Shown: positions 13,056 to 27,511 of the stretch, piece by piece | How the letters are laid out: each line of letters begins with the position of its first letter | How positions within the stretch are numbered: the stretch's first letter is position 1 | NCBI GenBank assembly: GCA_951406725.2 | Contig: OX597817.1 | Span: 13,268,001 to 13,332,000, forward strand | Length of the DNA: 64,000 nucleotides | Direction: 5' to 3' | Source: Octopus vulgaris | Lineage: Eukaryota | Notes under the pieces: generated by a model | Databases searched by the model: none | Told to the model about the DNA's origin: nothing | Seen by the model: the letters and a program-made list of their open reading frames with translations, nothing else | Program-made: the position numbers and the translations under genes

Positions 13056-13986
13056 CGCGGGAGAGAAAGAGAGTGTGTGTGGGTGGGTTTATGTGTATGT
13101 AGGGGGTGTGCTGGATGTCGAGAGCGTATATGAATGAGAGGTACAAAGAATAGAAGAATACTGGTGGGGGTGGAGGGCTGAAGATTGTTTTAGAACTAAT
13201 TCTATTTGTACAAACAATGTCGTATAGCATTTCAGAAGAAGGAAACAAATTATCCCCGAAAAAAAAAGAAAAAAAAAAAAAAAGAATAATAATAAGAAGA
13301 AAATTAATTTTATCCAAACATCCAACAAAAATATTTACGTATTTTTCAATTGCGTTTTGTACTTTTATGGATAAACGCAATCATTTTTCTCCTTGTCTAT
13401 CTCCACCTTCCATATTCGTTGTCTTATGCCAGAAGTAGGGAAATATGCAGGTTTCTTCGTTGTTCATATTGTGGTTGTTGTTGCTGGAGTTGTTGTTTTT
13501 CTGGAATCTACTTAAGTTGGAGTGTTTCAGGAAATGCTTGCATTCGTTTATAAACATATCATATATGTACGTACGTACGTATGTATGTATGTACGTACGT
13601 ACGTACGTATGTATGTATGCCTATTTCTCTGTGTGTGTGTGTTTATATATAAATATATAATCTTCTTTATCTCATTCCTCTTTGTTTTCTACACCCTTAA
13701 TTATTTACCTACAAACCTATGTATGTATACGTGTTTGTACATGTGTATGTATTTGTTATCTTTTTGAATTGTTTGAATTCTTCTCATAAAAAAGTTGAAG
13801 ATTTTTAACCAAATAAACAAAAAGTCATCGATAGAATGTAGACAACGATGACGAAGAATCACCTGTTGAACTTAGAAATGTTTGCATATTCTTACTCTTA
13901 TGGTTATAGATTGTATTTGCCCAGTGCTTGTTAGATGGTCATTCCCGAGATTGTCACTGAGATATTTCCCAACTTAGGAAAATGCA

Positions 13987-14385
13987 TCTACACCTCTCTA
14001 TATATAAAGCTGAAGTTGTCTGTGTATGGCAGGTTTGGTAGCCTTCAACTAACACTATCTCCTCCGAGACCCTGCGGCGCAAGTTGACCAAAATTGAGAG
14101 TATGATAGAAGGCTTGCTCTTCCTTCCGTAGAAGAAAAAAAATTCAAATCGGACCTTCTTAACACCAAAACTTATTTACATCAAAAAGGTGCTTTTTTTC
14201 TATGAAAATCCATATTTTTTACGATTTTTTGACTGCTGTGTCGCCATTTTTCGGTGTATTTCAACCAGAAAAATGTTCACTTAAAGAGAATAACAAGCTT
14301 CATTATGAAAAATTTTTACTTTTTTCAAAAATTCCAATTCTAAAGGGTCGAAACAAACCCGAGCAACGCCGGGCGATATTGCTAG
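13987..14385 (+). mobile_element. Non-autonomous Helitron (same subfamily as 6936-7325)
   Basis: A|TC start, hairpin plus CTAG|T end. Confidence 0.85.
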
Positions 14386-15052
14386 TTTATAAATATAAAT
14401 GTGAATTTATACTACGGAAGGAAAATTCTACTTTTTGAAACTTTCGCTCATAAATATCCTTCTTACAGATTTTGTAAAAAATGTTCCCTCTATAAGGCAT
14501 TTTGCTTCTATTACAGCATTTAAGATTTTATTTTTACCCCAAAGAATTATATAAGGCCTCTAATACTGCATTTGACAGAAGTTTTAATGGATGTTCCTCC
14601 ACTAATATCATCCTTGTATTGATACGTATCGAACACGAAAACTAGTCTTTCCTACGGATAACTTTGTATTATTATTTTTTAATAGTAATATCACACTACA
14701 TTTAGAAAGCATTACATTAACGATATTTTGGGGTTGTTCTAGATCTTCCACAGAAATGCAAAATTTTCGGTTAACATCTTGGGAGCTTAAGAGGTTCACT
14801 ATCTCTCTTTTGTTCAATAGTTATTTGTAGCTATCTCTTGCCCTGGTATTGCAAATCATAATTTCGAAATGTGACGCGATATAACAGTCACAGGCCGAAA
14901 AGACGGCTACACTTTTTGTTAATACAAGGTCGTCATCCGTCACTGCGCTGCCGATGAAAAACATTAAATTGTTAATCATGCATGTACCTTCATAAATTGT
15001 TCAAAGTGAAAGTCCTTTTTTTTAATGTGTTGCGTTGTCTATATGTTGAAAC

Positions 15053-15176
<124 letters not shown>

Positions 15177-15298
15177 ACTGTATTTCTCTCGCAACATAAC
15201 TTTTTCTCCTCTCCTTTTTCCCTTTTTCCTATTTTCTTTATAGACCAATTAAGTATCCCGAATATTGGTATCTGTATTGGTGCAGAAAAAGGCAATTA

Positions 15299-15800
<502 letters not shown>

Positions 15801-16309
15801 AAATGAAACTAAAAAATTAATGAATATTATTACTGTAAGAGTAGGAATGGCCATAATGTTTAAAGTCTGCTAAAATACGGCAATCACTCTATTTTTGTCT
15901 ACCTCACCTTTATAGGACGTATTTTCGTTAATACTTTGGCATTTATGGCTTTCATTGTGTAGAACAGAAAATAATGGCATAGCATTGATATAAAGCATTG
16001 GGTGGCTCACGCTATTTCATTACTATGTGCGCATCAAATATCTTTTAGATGTTCTTTCAGAACAAGAGCAGCTGTATACAAACAGATATTGATAGTCGCT
16101 TACATGTTATCACATATTTTCATGTGGTCTCCAGCGATGATGAGTGTGGTCATTTTTTCCCTTCCACTATGTATGTATGTATGTATGTATGTATGTATGT
16201 ATGTATGTATGTATGTATGTACGTTCTGCTTTTATTTTACTTCGAATAGTGACCCTATCTTGTACCGTACTAAAGTAGACCCTTTTCAAATCTATGGAAG
16301 GCTTTAAGT

Positions 16310-17230
16310 TTTATTGTTACATTTTATTTTATAGCTCTGGCTTCCTTTTATGACCTCTCCTTTCATGGGAGTGTTTGAGTTCATTTTCGATCTTAAGCAT
16401 TGTTTGCTTGCAATAGGATACTTCGTAACCCTTTAGTGTCCCATTCAGACGGTTTGAGATTTTTTGCTCGTCGTCTCATTAGAATCTGTCTATCCCTGGG
16501 AATTGTGTTTTTCTATCGGTTTGACATTCCCTCTGGGGAAAACGTACTGCATATGTCACGCATGATTGTGACAAAGTGCTGTAGCTTTATGTCTAATACC
16601 TTGCGTAGAGACTGGAAGACCAGCTTTATTCCATGACCTCTTTCTGAATACCCTTCCTATCAGCTTTATGAAAGTTTAGGCTGGAGAGAAGTTGGGTGCT
16701 TTTAGTAGCTTGTATATCTGCAGTTTTCTGCGGACCGCACATTGTTAGTTCTATTAAGTTATGGTCCGAGTCGGTGTCACCTTAACATTATGGATGAGCG
16801 CCATGTTATTTGTAAAGCAGAGGTCGAGAACATGTTTACGCCTTGTTGTATGGAGCACTATTTGTTCCATAAAGAACTTATTTGTGAGGTCGAGCAGACT
16901 CTGCTTGCTTCTGTTTATGCAGTGACATACCTGAGGGAAGGTGGTCCTCAGGCCATTCGAGTTTAGGGACGTTGAAGTCTCCTAGAAAAAGTATGTAAAG
17001 GGTGTCATCTAGGTACTTCCATCTTTCTGAGGCTCTCTTCGAATGAGTCCTCATGATTTGGAGCATCTGGTGGGCGATATGTAGCCATATTACCACATAC
17101 TGAGTAACACATACTGAGTTTTAGTGAGATATCGGGACTACAGGCGTGACATCTTCCCAGATATACATTGCAACTCCAACCGGAATCGGTTTCGTTGTAC
17201 ATTAAGGAGAATCGTGGGAGACCACTCACA
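16310..17230 (-). pseudogene. Decayed CR1-like LINE ORF2, APE endonuclease region
   Basis: YRPPD and FLGDFNVPKLEWP motifs in different minus-strand frames; many stops and frameshifts. Confidence 0.7.
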
Positions 17231-17381
17231 GTATCTCTTGTAGAATGGTAAAGATTTGACTGAAGGACTAACAAGCTTTTCTCATGAAAAACAAAAACAA
17301 AGAAAGCATCCGATATGCTACTGGAGCAGTCCAAGGACGGTCTTATAAGCTCTGCAGCATAGAAAGGAAATAAGACGAAAG

Positions 17382-17416
<35 letters not shown>

Positions 17417-18796
17417 CTAACAGTTTTAATTAGTCTTTGAAAGGACGAATATATTGCAGATTCATGCATTTTAAGGGTGAAAATATTGTATGAATATATA
17501 TTTTATTTTTATTTTCCTTTTGTTTTTTGTTTTTTTTTCCTTGCGGAAATTAGATGATGTGGAAGTAAGACTGTATGCGATTCAAATTTCTGAACATTTC
17601 AAAAAAAAAGAAATTCTTTTAATCTGGTTACAAATGGTAAAAAAAAAAAAATCCTCAAGCCTAATAAAAAAGAAAAAAAATAATAATAATAAAAAAACTA
17701 AATTAAAAAAGAAAAAAAATCTTTTTGTATTTCCTATTCTGAAATGATTGTAGCAAAAACAAATACAAGTTATTATTGTTACCATTTTAAAGAAACTTAA
17801 TTTATAATATGATTAACGTTAAGTTTGACACGTCTAAAATCTTTTAACACCTCCACAATCTTTTCTTCCAGTTTTACGTTTTTAACAGACGGCGGACACT
17901 CACCCTATGCGCAACCCACACAGCAAAATATTATTTTGTCCCCTCACCGCACCCGATCCACTTAATTCATTTTGTCTGTAAAGGAATAAAGGACCCTTAG
18001 GCTCCCCCCCACCCCCAAGAAACTCACCGGGTACTTACAATGAAATATGTTTGACACCGTTGATATTTATTTTCTTTTATAAATGTTTATTACAATGTTC
18101 CGGTTGTGCTGTGCGCGTGGGCGCATACACATTTTGCAACTCGTACATAAGAGATTAGCTGCTTGAAATAATGTGGTAATTAAGTGTTATACGTATTGGG
18201 AATACCTCTTAACAAACTGTTTTGGTTAATTAGTCGGACATCACTAATTTATGTTACCTTTCCTGTTTCAGTTTGTGCAGTGGCAACAAAGCTGCGGCCA
18301 TGTTCGGTGGACAGTGTCCGGAACGTAAAGTTTCCGAAGAGCTTTCAAATTCTGTTGATAGTTTACAAGTTTTTATTGGAAAATACAACGAATCCCTTTG
18401 TAATCAAAAGAATGGGAAGGAGTGAAGAGCAAAAGAAGTACAAGTTGTTTTGAAGTTAAATGGCTTCGCAAAATTGTACAAAACTGTTTTATCGAAAGCC
18501 TATGTAGGCATCAGCATTCAGCTACGAGAAATATTTACGCATGATTCTGAGAGTGGAATTCTCTGTTTGTGTTTTTGTGATACGGAAGTTGCTGAAGAAT
18601 TTGTTTGTAAAAACAAGTGGGAAGATATTTAGAAAATTTGACTTTTTAAGGCATTATTTGCTAAATTAATCGCATTTGGCCGAGGTGCAAAGCTCAGGCA
18701 ACAAAACCTTTCAAACATCTCCATAAAAGGTGATGTTTGTGTCTGCTAGAGCGTCAGTGATGTCGGGCAGAGTTAATGGTGTCATAGGAAGACTGA

Positions 18797-19028
18797 AGAC
18801 GGCGAGCTGGCAGAAACGTTAGCACGCCGGGCGAAATGCTTAGCGGTATTTCGTCTGCCGTTAAGTTGTGAGTTCAAATTCTGCCGAGGTCGACTTTGCC
18901 TTTCATCCTTTCGGGGTCGATAAATTAAGTACCAGCTACGCACTGGGGTCGATGTAATCGACTTAATACCTATGTCTGTCCTTGTTTGTCCCCTCTGTGT
19001 TTAGCCCCTTGTGGGTAATAAAAAATAG
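18797..19028 (+). mobile_element. SINE-A monomer
   Basis: TSD tcataggaagactgaa. Confidence 0.9.
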
Positions 19029-19305
19029 GTATCATAGGAAGACTGAAAGAAGGCAGTCCACACTTAGTCCAACAACATTGTGTAACTTACAGTGAAGAGC
19101 TTGGGATATGGGAAATGTAGGAAAAAAATAAATTTAATAAGAAACTCTGAAACTTAGATGAGAACAATTGATACCGTTTTCTCTTGATGCATGTTTAAAG
19201 AAATTGCAGAAACCTGTGAAAAATGAAATTATTGTTTTTAGACTACTTAATAAAGTCAAATGACTATCTCGACACTTCACATTGAAGGCAACATGTGGCA
19301 TGTGG

Positions 19306-19669
19306 TGGAAGCACTCCGTCGGTTACGACGATGAGGGTTCCGGTTGATCCGACCAACGGAACAGTTTGCTCGTGAAATTAACGTTTAAGTGGCTGAGCAC
19401 TCCACAGACACGTGTACCCTTAACGTAGTTCTCGGGGATATTCAGCGTGACACAGAGAGTGACAAGGCCGGCCCTATGAAATACAGGTACAACAGAAACA
19501 AAGAGTGAGAGAAAGTTGTGGTGAAAGAGTACAGCTGGGATCACCACCATCCCCTGCCGGAGCATCGTGGAGCTTTAGGTGTTTTCGCTCAATAAACACT
19601 CACAACGCCCGGTCTGGGAATCGAAACCGCGAGTCCGCTGCCCTAACCACTGGGCCATTGCGCCTCCAC
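19306..19669 (-). mobile_element. SINE-C (tRNA-derived)
   Basis: Minus-strand head ggaggcgcaatggcccagtggttagggc..ggtttcgattccc. TSD acatgtggcatgt. Confidence 0.9.
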
Positions 19670-20955
19670 ATGTGGCATGTATTACATACTTCGAAGAAGA
19701 GAAGTCAAATGAGTCTGTGGATAAATTCTGTTACAAAAAAAAAAAAACGATTTTTAAGTAATGCCTGCAAAGGACAGGCTGCGCCATGTAAGGCTCCACA
19801 AAAGATTGAACTGAAATCGATTGATTCACTGTATTTTGAGCAGGATAAAATTAACAAAATAAGAAAGTAGTATTTGGATCGCTTCTTCATAGAGTGACAA
19901 AATTTAAGTTTTGCTAAACCAACAACACGAAGAAAATAGTAGAGAAAAATCTGACTTTATAAGTTTCATCTTAATACCTATCTTGAAGAAAAGTCTTCTG
20001 AAGATGACAGAAGAAAGGCCAGCATATGATTTACCAACGACTACAGATTGTGACTATATATTTGGCGATGAATAAGCAAAAGCCTTAAGTATACATACAT
20101 GCCTTAAGTATATCTCTGGATTTGCTCGTCTGAAATACTTTTATAGTTAGACGGCTTAATGGATGCAGTTTTCCTTGGAAGGAAAATATGAAATACAAAC
20201 TCTGTTCAGAAGGTTACATTTGTATTTCAAAATGATCGATTTTACAGCATTGATAAGTTGATGAACATTGGAGGAACCTTTCTTGCGTTTAGTGCAGTGT
20301 GAGCGAGAATTTATCCGAATCAATCAAATCCGAGAAATCATTTGGGGGAATATCATTTAGATATGTTAAGAGTATAAAAAATAACTGTTATATAAAGTTC
20401 TGTTATACAGAGTTTACAAAGAATGGTAAACACTACAGAAAGGATAAAGAAAAAAATAACCGAGTATATCTTGAATATATGCTACTTTGTACAGTTTTGA
20501 TTCAAATTATTTTGTAAACCCAGATAATTCGTGATGTCTAAAGTTTTTCACATTAAGCATCTAAATGCGTTGTTAACTAGGTTTGTAATTGAATGAGTTT
20601 TGAAATAATCAGTTCAACAGCTTTAATAATTATTATAAGTGGACTGATGGGTTTTATTGATATTAATTTATCCCAACTTTGCATCACATAGCAGTAAGAA
20701 AGAAAGAATCATTATGTTTTTTTTAAAAGAACAACTAAAGGAACTAAGTTGTTGAAAGTATCATAAATTCATAACTACATTACTTTGTAGAATGCTGCGA
20801 TACCCAAATACACACACACACACATAAACACACACCACACACCACACACCACACACCACACACACACACATATATATAGGTTATAAGAGATAATGGTGTC
20901 ATTGAGACCCAAAGGTGTTCGGTAACTAACTATGACTTAACTATCCTCTCACACC

Positions 20956-21007
20956 GTCTCCGATGAAGGGATATTATTAATTAATATCCTAGAAACAGCT
21001 GAAAGAC
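20956..21007 (+). ncRNA. Degenerate type-I hammerhead motif in a Penelope-like terminus
   Basis: gtct-CCGATGA-stem II ggatatta/taatatcc-GAAA-cagctg-aa-agac. The cleavage-site U is mutated. Confidence 0.55.
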
Positions 21008-21101
21008 CTTCTACCTATAAATGCTCTAATATTTACACACCCTTGGTTTTTTTTAATCTTATTATGCAAAAAAATTCTTATATACATACATATAAATTCT
21101 A

Positions 21102-21182
<81 letters not shown>

Positions 21183-21208
21183 ATATATAGATATATGTGA
21201 ATATGTGG

Positions 21209-21243
<35 letters not shown>

Positions 21244-21460
21244 GATGTACAAGTGAGAGTCTCCTTACTTACCTAAAACTCTATTTTTCTATTTATTCTT
21301 TTATTCTTTTATTTATTCTTTTATCTACTTTACCACCGATTCCTTTGACCACTCCCCTAATAATGATAGTTTTGCGCCATGCCTACCCCTAAAAAGTCCC
21401 CCACCACCACCCATTTAAACCTGCCTAAATGTATAAATGCCAAAACAACTCTTGTCTACT

Positions 21461-21511
21461 AGCTTCCTGATGATTTCTTTTGAATGAAACAGTTCTAGTC
21501 CTGTAGAAGCT
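21461..21511 (+). ncRNA. Type-I hammerhead ribozyme motif
   Basis: agcttc-CTGATGA-t,ttc/tttt/gaa,t-GAAA-cag/ttctagtc/ctg-TA-gaagct. TATA-like tataaat at ~21432. Confidence 0.7.
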
Positions 21512-21639
21512 CCTTCTATATGATAAATTAATTTACTCTGCTATGTATTGAGTACCTTATTTACTGTGGTTAACCCCGACTCAACCCGGGACCTACATAT
21601 ATATGTATATATATATATGTGTGTGTATATATATATGTA

Positions 21640-21768
<129 letters not shown>

Positions 21769-22918
21769 TCAACAAACAATTAAGGAATGGCCTTAATAGG
21801 CCATTCGGCCCACTAGAAGAAGCAGCCAGGACTCAAACCGCTATAGTAGTAGTAATTCAGAAATTAAATGAAAATTTAAAAACATTATTATATTATATTA
21901 TATTATATTATATTATATTATATTAAAACAGATGAGACGAAAGAAACCCAAAATGTGATCCTCTCACCGACAAAGCTTCTAATTTTGCACATAAGTTCTC
22001 GTAACGGAAGTATATTATTTTGAGGAATTTTATCAACGAGAAACTTACCGAATTTTAAAACTTAAACATTTTATTTTGTTTTAATAAAAGTTTATAAATT
22101 CAATAAAGTTTCTCTTTAAGAAGTTCCTCAACAGAGATAAACTAAGTGTATTATCATTAAATTTATTTATCCTAAAATTCCTGAAAATATTTTTTAATAT
22201 GCTTTGTTTAATTTTTGCGTGTGTGCGTGCGCATTTCTTTTTGCCAGGCTCTCATTAAAACATACTAAAGCATTTTTTTTTCAGAATGCGAGACAGGCCG
22301 TGCCAAAATTCTCTTGAAACAATTTCAAATTTACACATGTCTTAGCGAGCACATATTTTCGTAGCAAGAAAATAATTGCATAACATCTGACTTTTTCCCG
22401 CACAGTGGCTACTAAAATTTAGAGGGAACGTTGGTTTCTTGTCTCTAGGAAAGAGTTGGTTATTAAGAGAAATCCTTTTAGGAATTGAAATTAGAAAGTT
22501 CTAAATACTCGATGCTTATTAATCGTAAGTTGTTTAGTATTGCATGTTCTTGAAATTTATTTTTGTGTCATAGTCTGGTCAACAGTTTACACAAACAAAA
22601 CCTGCACACTCAGCAAATTTTAACAAAACGTGTCAGTCCTTCTCACAAACTGAACATGAGTCTCGAAAATCCCCAATACTTTCATGAAATCGGATTATAT
22701 TCTTCGAGGAGCAAATGTACAAATGCGAAAGCATCATTTGCGCACGAAGTTTAGGTTTCTATAATCTATTGATATCGGTTAGACAGCTAACTAGTCTCTC
22801 GTTCAGTGCACAAGGCTAGGTTAATATATTTAAATTCTGTGGACATCATGATTGATACAATCCAATATCACTTTAGAATTTTATATATTACTTTGTTAGT
22901 CAGGCTCCCATTAAAACA

Positions 22919-23474
22919 TGGAAATTAGCTGCCCAGTGGATGTTAACATAAAGTTGAAGATCAGTGAAAGATAGAACACCTATGATGAACTATTGAGGAA
23001 TCTGCAGTTACTCTATCCAGATTATACTTGTAATTATTGTGTGCCTGGGATATGTAACACTCTGCTGAAGACCTCAATAAAATGTAAGTACAACAGACCT
23101 GATAAAATGAGTTGGGATAGAGAAGAGAAACTGTGCAGTTGTGGAAATTGGCTGCCCAGCGGATGTTAACATAAAGCTGAAGATCAGTGAAAAAGAGAAC
23201 ACCTATGCTGAACTATTGAGAAATCTACAGTTACTCTATCCAGATTACAAGTTCAGGTTTATACCTGTAATTATTGGGGCCCTGGGATATGTAACACACT
23301 GCCTAAATACCAATCTTGAGAAATTAGGCTTCTCAAAACCAGAAAGGAGAAAGCTAATTCGAAGACTACAGATCCAATCCATCACTGGAACTGTAAAAAT
23401 CTGTAAAACTTTCCAGAAGTTTATCATTTAAATATATATGAGCATGTCTAGATATGCAACTATATGCATGAGAA
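22919..23474 (+). pseudogene. 3' end of an RLE non-LTR retrotransposon (R4/Dong-like), preceded by a partial duplicate
   Basis: CKYNRPD..WD...EIGCPAD...EKENTYAEL...PVIIGALG...GTVKICKTF. 22919-23064 duplicates ~23142-23300. Followed directly by (TACA)n. Confidence 0.85.
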
Positions 23475-23667
23475 TACATACATACACACATACATACATA
23501 CATACATACATACATACATACATACATACATACATACATACATACATACATACATACATACATACATACATACATACATACATACATACATACGTAAATA
23601 AATCTTGGAGTTACCTGTTAACAAGAACATTTACAATAAAAGTAATGAGAGTGTAAAGACTTAGTGG

Positions 23668-24053
23668 ATGGAAGCACTCCGTCGGTTACGACGCCGAGGG
23701 TTCCGGTTGATCCGAATCAACGGAACAGCCTGCTTGTGAAATTAACGTGTAAGTGGCTGAGCACTCCACAGACACGTGTACCCTTAACGTAGTTCTCGGG
23801 GATATTCAGCGTGACACAGAGAGTGACAAGGCCGGCCCTTTGAAATACAAAGTACAACAGAAACAGGAAGTAAGAGTGAGAGAAAGTTGTGGTGAAAGAG
23901 TACAGCAGGGATCACCACCATCCCTGCCGGAGCCTCGTGAAGCTTTAGGTGTTTTCGCTCAATAAACACTGACAAACGCCCGGTCTGGGAATCGAAACCG
24001 CGATCCTACGACCGTGAGTCCTTGCCCTAACCACTGGGCCATTGCGCCTCCAC
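23668..24053 (-). mobile_element. SINE-C
   Basis: Full length. TSD aaagacttagtg. Confidence 0.9.
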
Positions 24054-24101
24054 AAAGACTTAGTGTGAACATAATGCACGCATTGTTTTAATAACACACA
24101 C

Positions 24102-24191
<90 letters not shown>

Positions 24192-24514
24192 ATTCACATA
24201 CACATGCATGTAGTGTATTCGCGGGAGCCAGATTTACATATACAGAGCAAAATACTCAAATGTCTCAAAACACCGAAGTTCGTTATATTGTTTATTTAGG
24301 TTGAATAATTATAGAATTAATCCTATTTTCTGATCTTTTAATTAAATCTACTTAACTTGCGACTGTTTATCCGTATCAAATGTAACTAAGTATGCATCCT
24401 TCTCGTGGCGAAGTGGTGTAGGGATTGGTGATGTAGAAAGGAGTTTAAACAGGATAGAGAAAACAACTAGAGACGGTGAATAGTATGGAGTAGTCTTTTT
24501 CTACTTTCACTTTC

Positions 24515-24809
24515 TCTTTTACTCTTTTACTCTTTTACTTGTTTTAATCATTTGACTGTGGCCATGCTGGAGCACCGCCTTTTAGTCGAGCAAATCGACC
24601 CCAGGACTTATTATTTGGAAGCCTAGTACTCATTCTATCGGATCTCTTTTTTTGCCGAACCGCTAGGTTACAGGGACGTAAACACACCATCGTCGGTTGT
24701 CAAGCGATGTTGGGGGGGGGGGGCAAACACGGACACACAAACACATACATACATACATACATACATACATACATACATACATACATGCATGCATACATGC
24801 ATGCATACA

Positions 24810-24888
<79 letters not shown>

Positions 24889-25032
24889 ATATATACGACG
24901 GGCTTCTTTCAGTTTCAGTCTACCAAATCCACTCACAAGGCTTTGGTCGGCCCGAGGCTATAGTAGAAGACACTTGCCCGGAACAATGTGGTTGGTAAGC
25001 AAGCTACTTACCACACAGCCACTCTTGCGCCT
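24515..25032 (-). mobile_element. SINE-B
   Basis: Head (internal deletion), microsatellite and tail present. Confidence 0.85.
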
Positions 25033-25295
25033 CCGTTGTTTTTCTTTTCTTTTTTTTTCTTGTTTTGCTTCGGCCAGCCGGTAACTTGTAACTCACTAAC
25101 AGATTTTCGCCTAAGATCATTGTTACTCTGTGATAATTGTGTTCTATTTCTTTGTCGTGAGGTAATTGTGTTCTATTTCTTTGTAGCTGGTCAGTTACTG
25201 ACCAGCTATGCGCATCCAACCAGAATGACTGACCAAAACCAACAGAAACAAAAATAACGACAACGAAAGAAACATTCCAAGCGATATATATCAAG

Positions 25296-25716
25296 ACCGG
25301 CGAGCTGGCAGAAACGTTAGCGGTATTTCGTCTGCCGCTACGTTGTGAGTTCAAATTCCGCCGAGGTCGACTTTGCCTTTCATCCTTTTCGAGGTCGATT
25401 AAATAAGTACCAGTTACGCACTGGGGTCGATGTAATCGACTTAATCCCTTTGTCTGTCCTTGTTTGTCCCCTCTATGTTTAGCGTCTTGTGGGCTATAGA
25501 GAAATACTACCCTTGTGGGTTGTACAGAAATAGGTATTTCGTCTGCCGTTACATTCTGAGTTCAAATTCCGCCGAGGTCGACTTTGCCTTTCATCCTTTC
25601 GGGGTCGATTAAATAAAGTACCAGTAACGCACTGGGATCGATGTAATCGACTTAATCTCTTTGTCTGTCCTTGTTTGTCTCCTCTATGTTTAGCACATTG
25701 TGGGTAATAACGAAAT
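25296..25716 (+). mobile_element. SINE-A dimer
   Basis: Junction gaaata|ggtatttc at ~25532. Confidence 0.85.
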
Positions 25717-26049
25717 ATAGACATATATCAAGATCAGTGGGGCTCCTGCAAACACGTACACAGAGATATGCTTACACTCACAATCTAAGCCTGTATGTAT
25801 ATAAGTGCCGACGCATTAATATACACGCACGTATAAACGTTTATAGACACGCACACGCATATAAATATACATACATCTACGCAAGAAATATACATTCATG
25901 TGTAAACAGTCAGATCTAAGAGGTCCAGAGTTTCATCCGGTATATTATGATGATCGTGTATGTGTGTGTAAGTGTGAGTGTGCGTGTGTGTTTGTGTTTG
26001 TATATGCTTGTGTGTGCATTACAATGTTTCCGACTTCCTCATATACAAT

Positions 26050-26270
26050 TATAATAATAATAATAATGAAATTATTGTATACAGTGCTCAGGTGCACCAC
26101 AACTTGTCAAAAGTGCGTATAAAGCATATGCAGTAATGTACAAATGTCTGGGAATTGAGCAGTGTATGAGTCAGATACATGCTTGCGTGTGTATGGAGGG
26201 GAGAAAATTAGGTGTAGTGTTGGCGAATCTCAGGAAGCATGGAAGTTTTGAAGGATGCAGTGCTCCGACA
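26050..26270 (-). mobile_element. Probable LINE 3' end with (ATT)n tail
   Basis: Minus strand reads ..STASFKTSMLPEIRQHYT*, then a UTR and (ATT)n. Confidence 0.45.
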
Positions 26271-26404
26271 ATTATATAATACTCTATCTTGATACTGTGC
26301 TTGGACTGCGTTCCCTGTTGACAAGGTCATGGTTTAAGGAATTCATGTTTGTTAGGTTAAAGGTTCTAATTTGAACACCTGAAGTGGTGATGTGTCTTTG
26401 GGAT

Positions 26405-26637
26405 ATATTTCTTTATTGCCCACAAGGGGCTAAACATAGAAGGGACAAACAAGGACAGACAAAGGGAGTGAGTTGATTATATCGACCCCAGTGCGTAACT
26501 GGTACTTATTTAATCGACCCCGAAAGGATGACAGGTAAAGTCGACCTGGGCGGAATTTGAACTCAGAACGTAAAGACGGACGAAATACTGCTAAGCATTT
26601 TGCCCGGCGTGCTAACGTTTCTGCCAGCTCGCCGCCT
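26405..26637 (-). mobile_element. SINE-A monomer
   Basis: Full length. Confidence 0.9.
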
Positions 26638-27098
26638 TGTGTGCCTTTGGTATAGCCGTTAGCACGGCTAAATGATTTATGGACATGAGGCCCAATTACT
26701 GTAGGCGATGCTATACTTTTTTCCAGTCTTTTATTTACATACATGTGTGTGTGTGTGTATGTAATATGTGAGTGTGTGTATACTCAAATATTGGCCAACA
26801 TAGTATAGTGGGGCAAATGAAGTTTTAATATACATATAAGGAGACTGTGGCTCATATGTAATTAGGGTCATATTATGTTGGTTTATAATAAAACAATTTA
26901 ACATTAATCTGAAGTTTTGTCGCGTCTAGGGAGGTCATTATGCCAATATTATTAACACACGCACTGATTCAATTCCACTCCTTTATTATTAGTCAATCGG
27001 TTAACGCACGAATTCAAACCAGATACGAAAACAAAATTAATCTGAAGAATTACTCAATACTTTTTGTAGTGTACATCTTTATTATACTTTTGCAATAA

Positions 27099-27271
27099 GG
27101 CGCAGGAGTGGCTGTGTGGTAAGTAGCTTGTTTACCAACCACATGGTTCCGGGTTCAGTCCCACTGTGTGGCACCTTGGGCAAGTGTCTTCTACTATAGC
27201 CTCGGGCCGACCAAAGCCTTGTGAGTGGATTTGGTAGACGGAAACTGAAAGAAGCCCGTCGTATATGTATG

Positions 27272-27304
<33 letters not shown>

Positions 27305-27511
27305 TTGTGTGTCTGTGTTTGTACCCCTAGCATTGCTTGACAACCGATGCTGGTGTGTTTATGTCCCCGTTACTTAGCGGTTCGGCAAAAGAGACCGATA
27401 GAATAAGTGCTGGGCTTACAAAAGAATAAGTCCCGGGGTCGAATTGCTCGATTAAAGGTGGTGCTCCAGCATGGCCGCAGTCAAAATGACTGAAACAAGT
27501 AAAAGAGTAAG
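27099..27511 (+). mobile_element. SINE-B
   Basis: Full length. Confidence 0.9.

Noticed and set aside
19600-19669. tRNA-like sequences at SINE heads
   Set aside because: Fused to SINE bodies with TSDs; not stand-alone tRNA genes.
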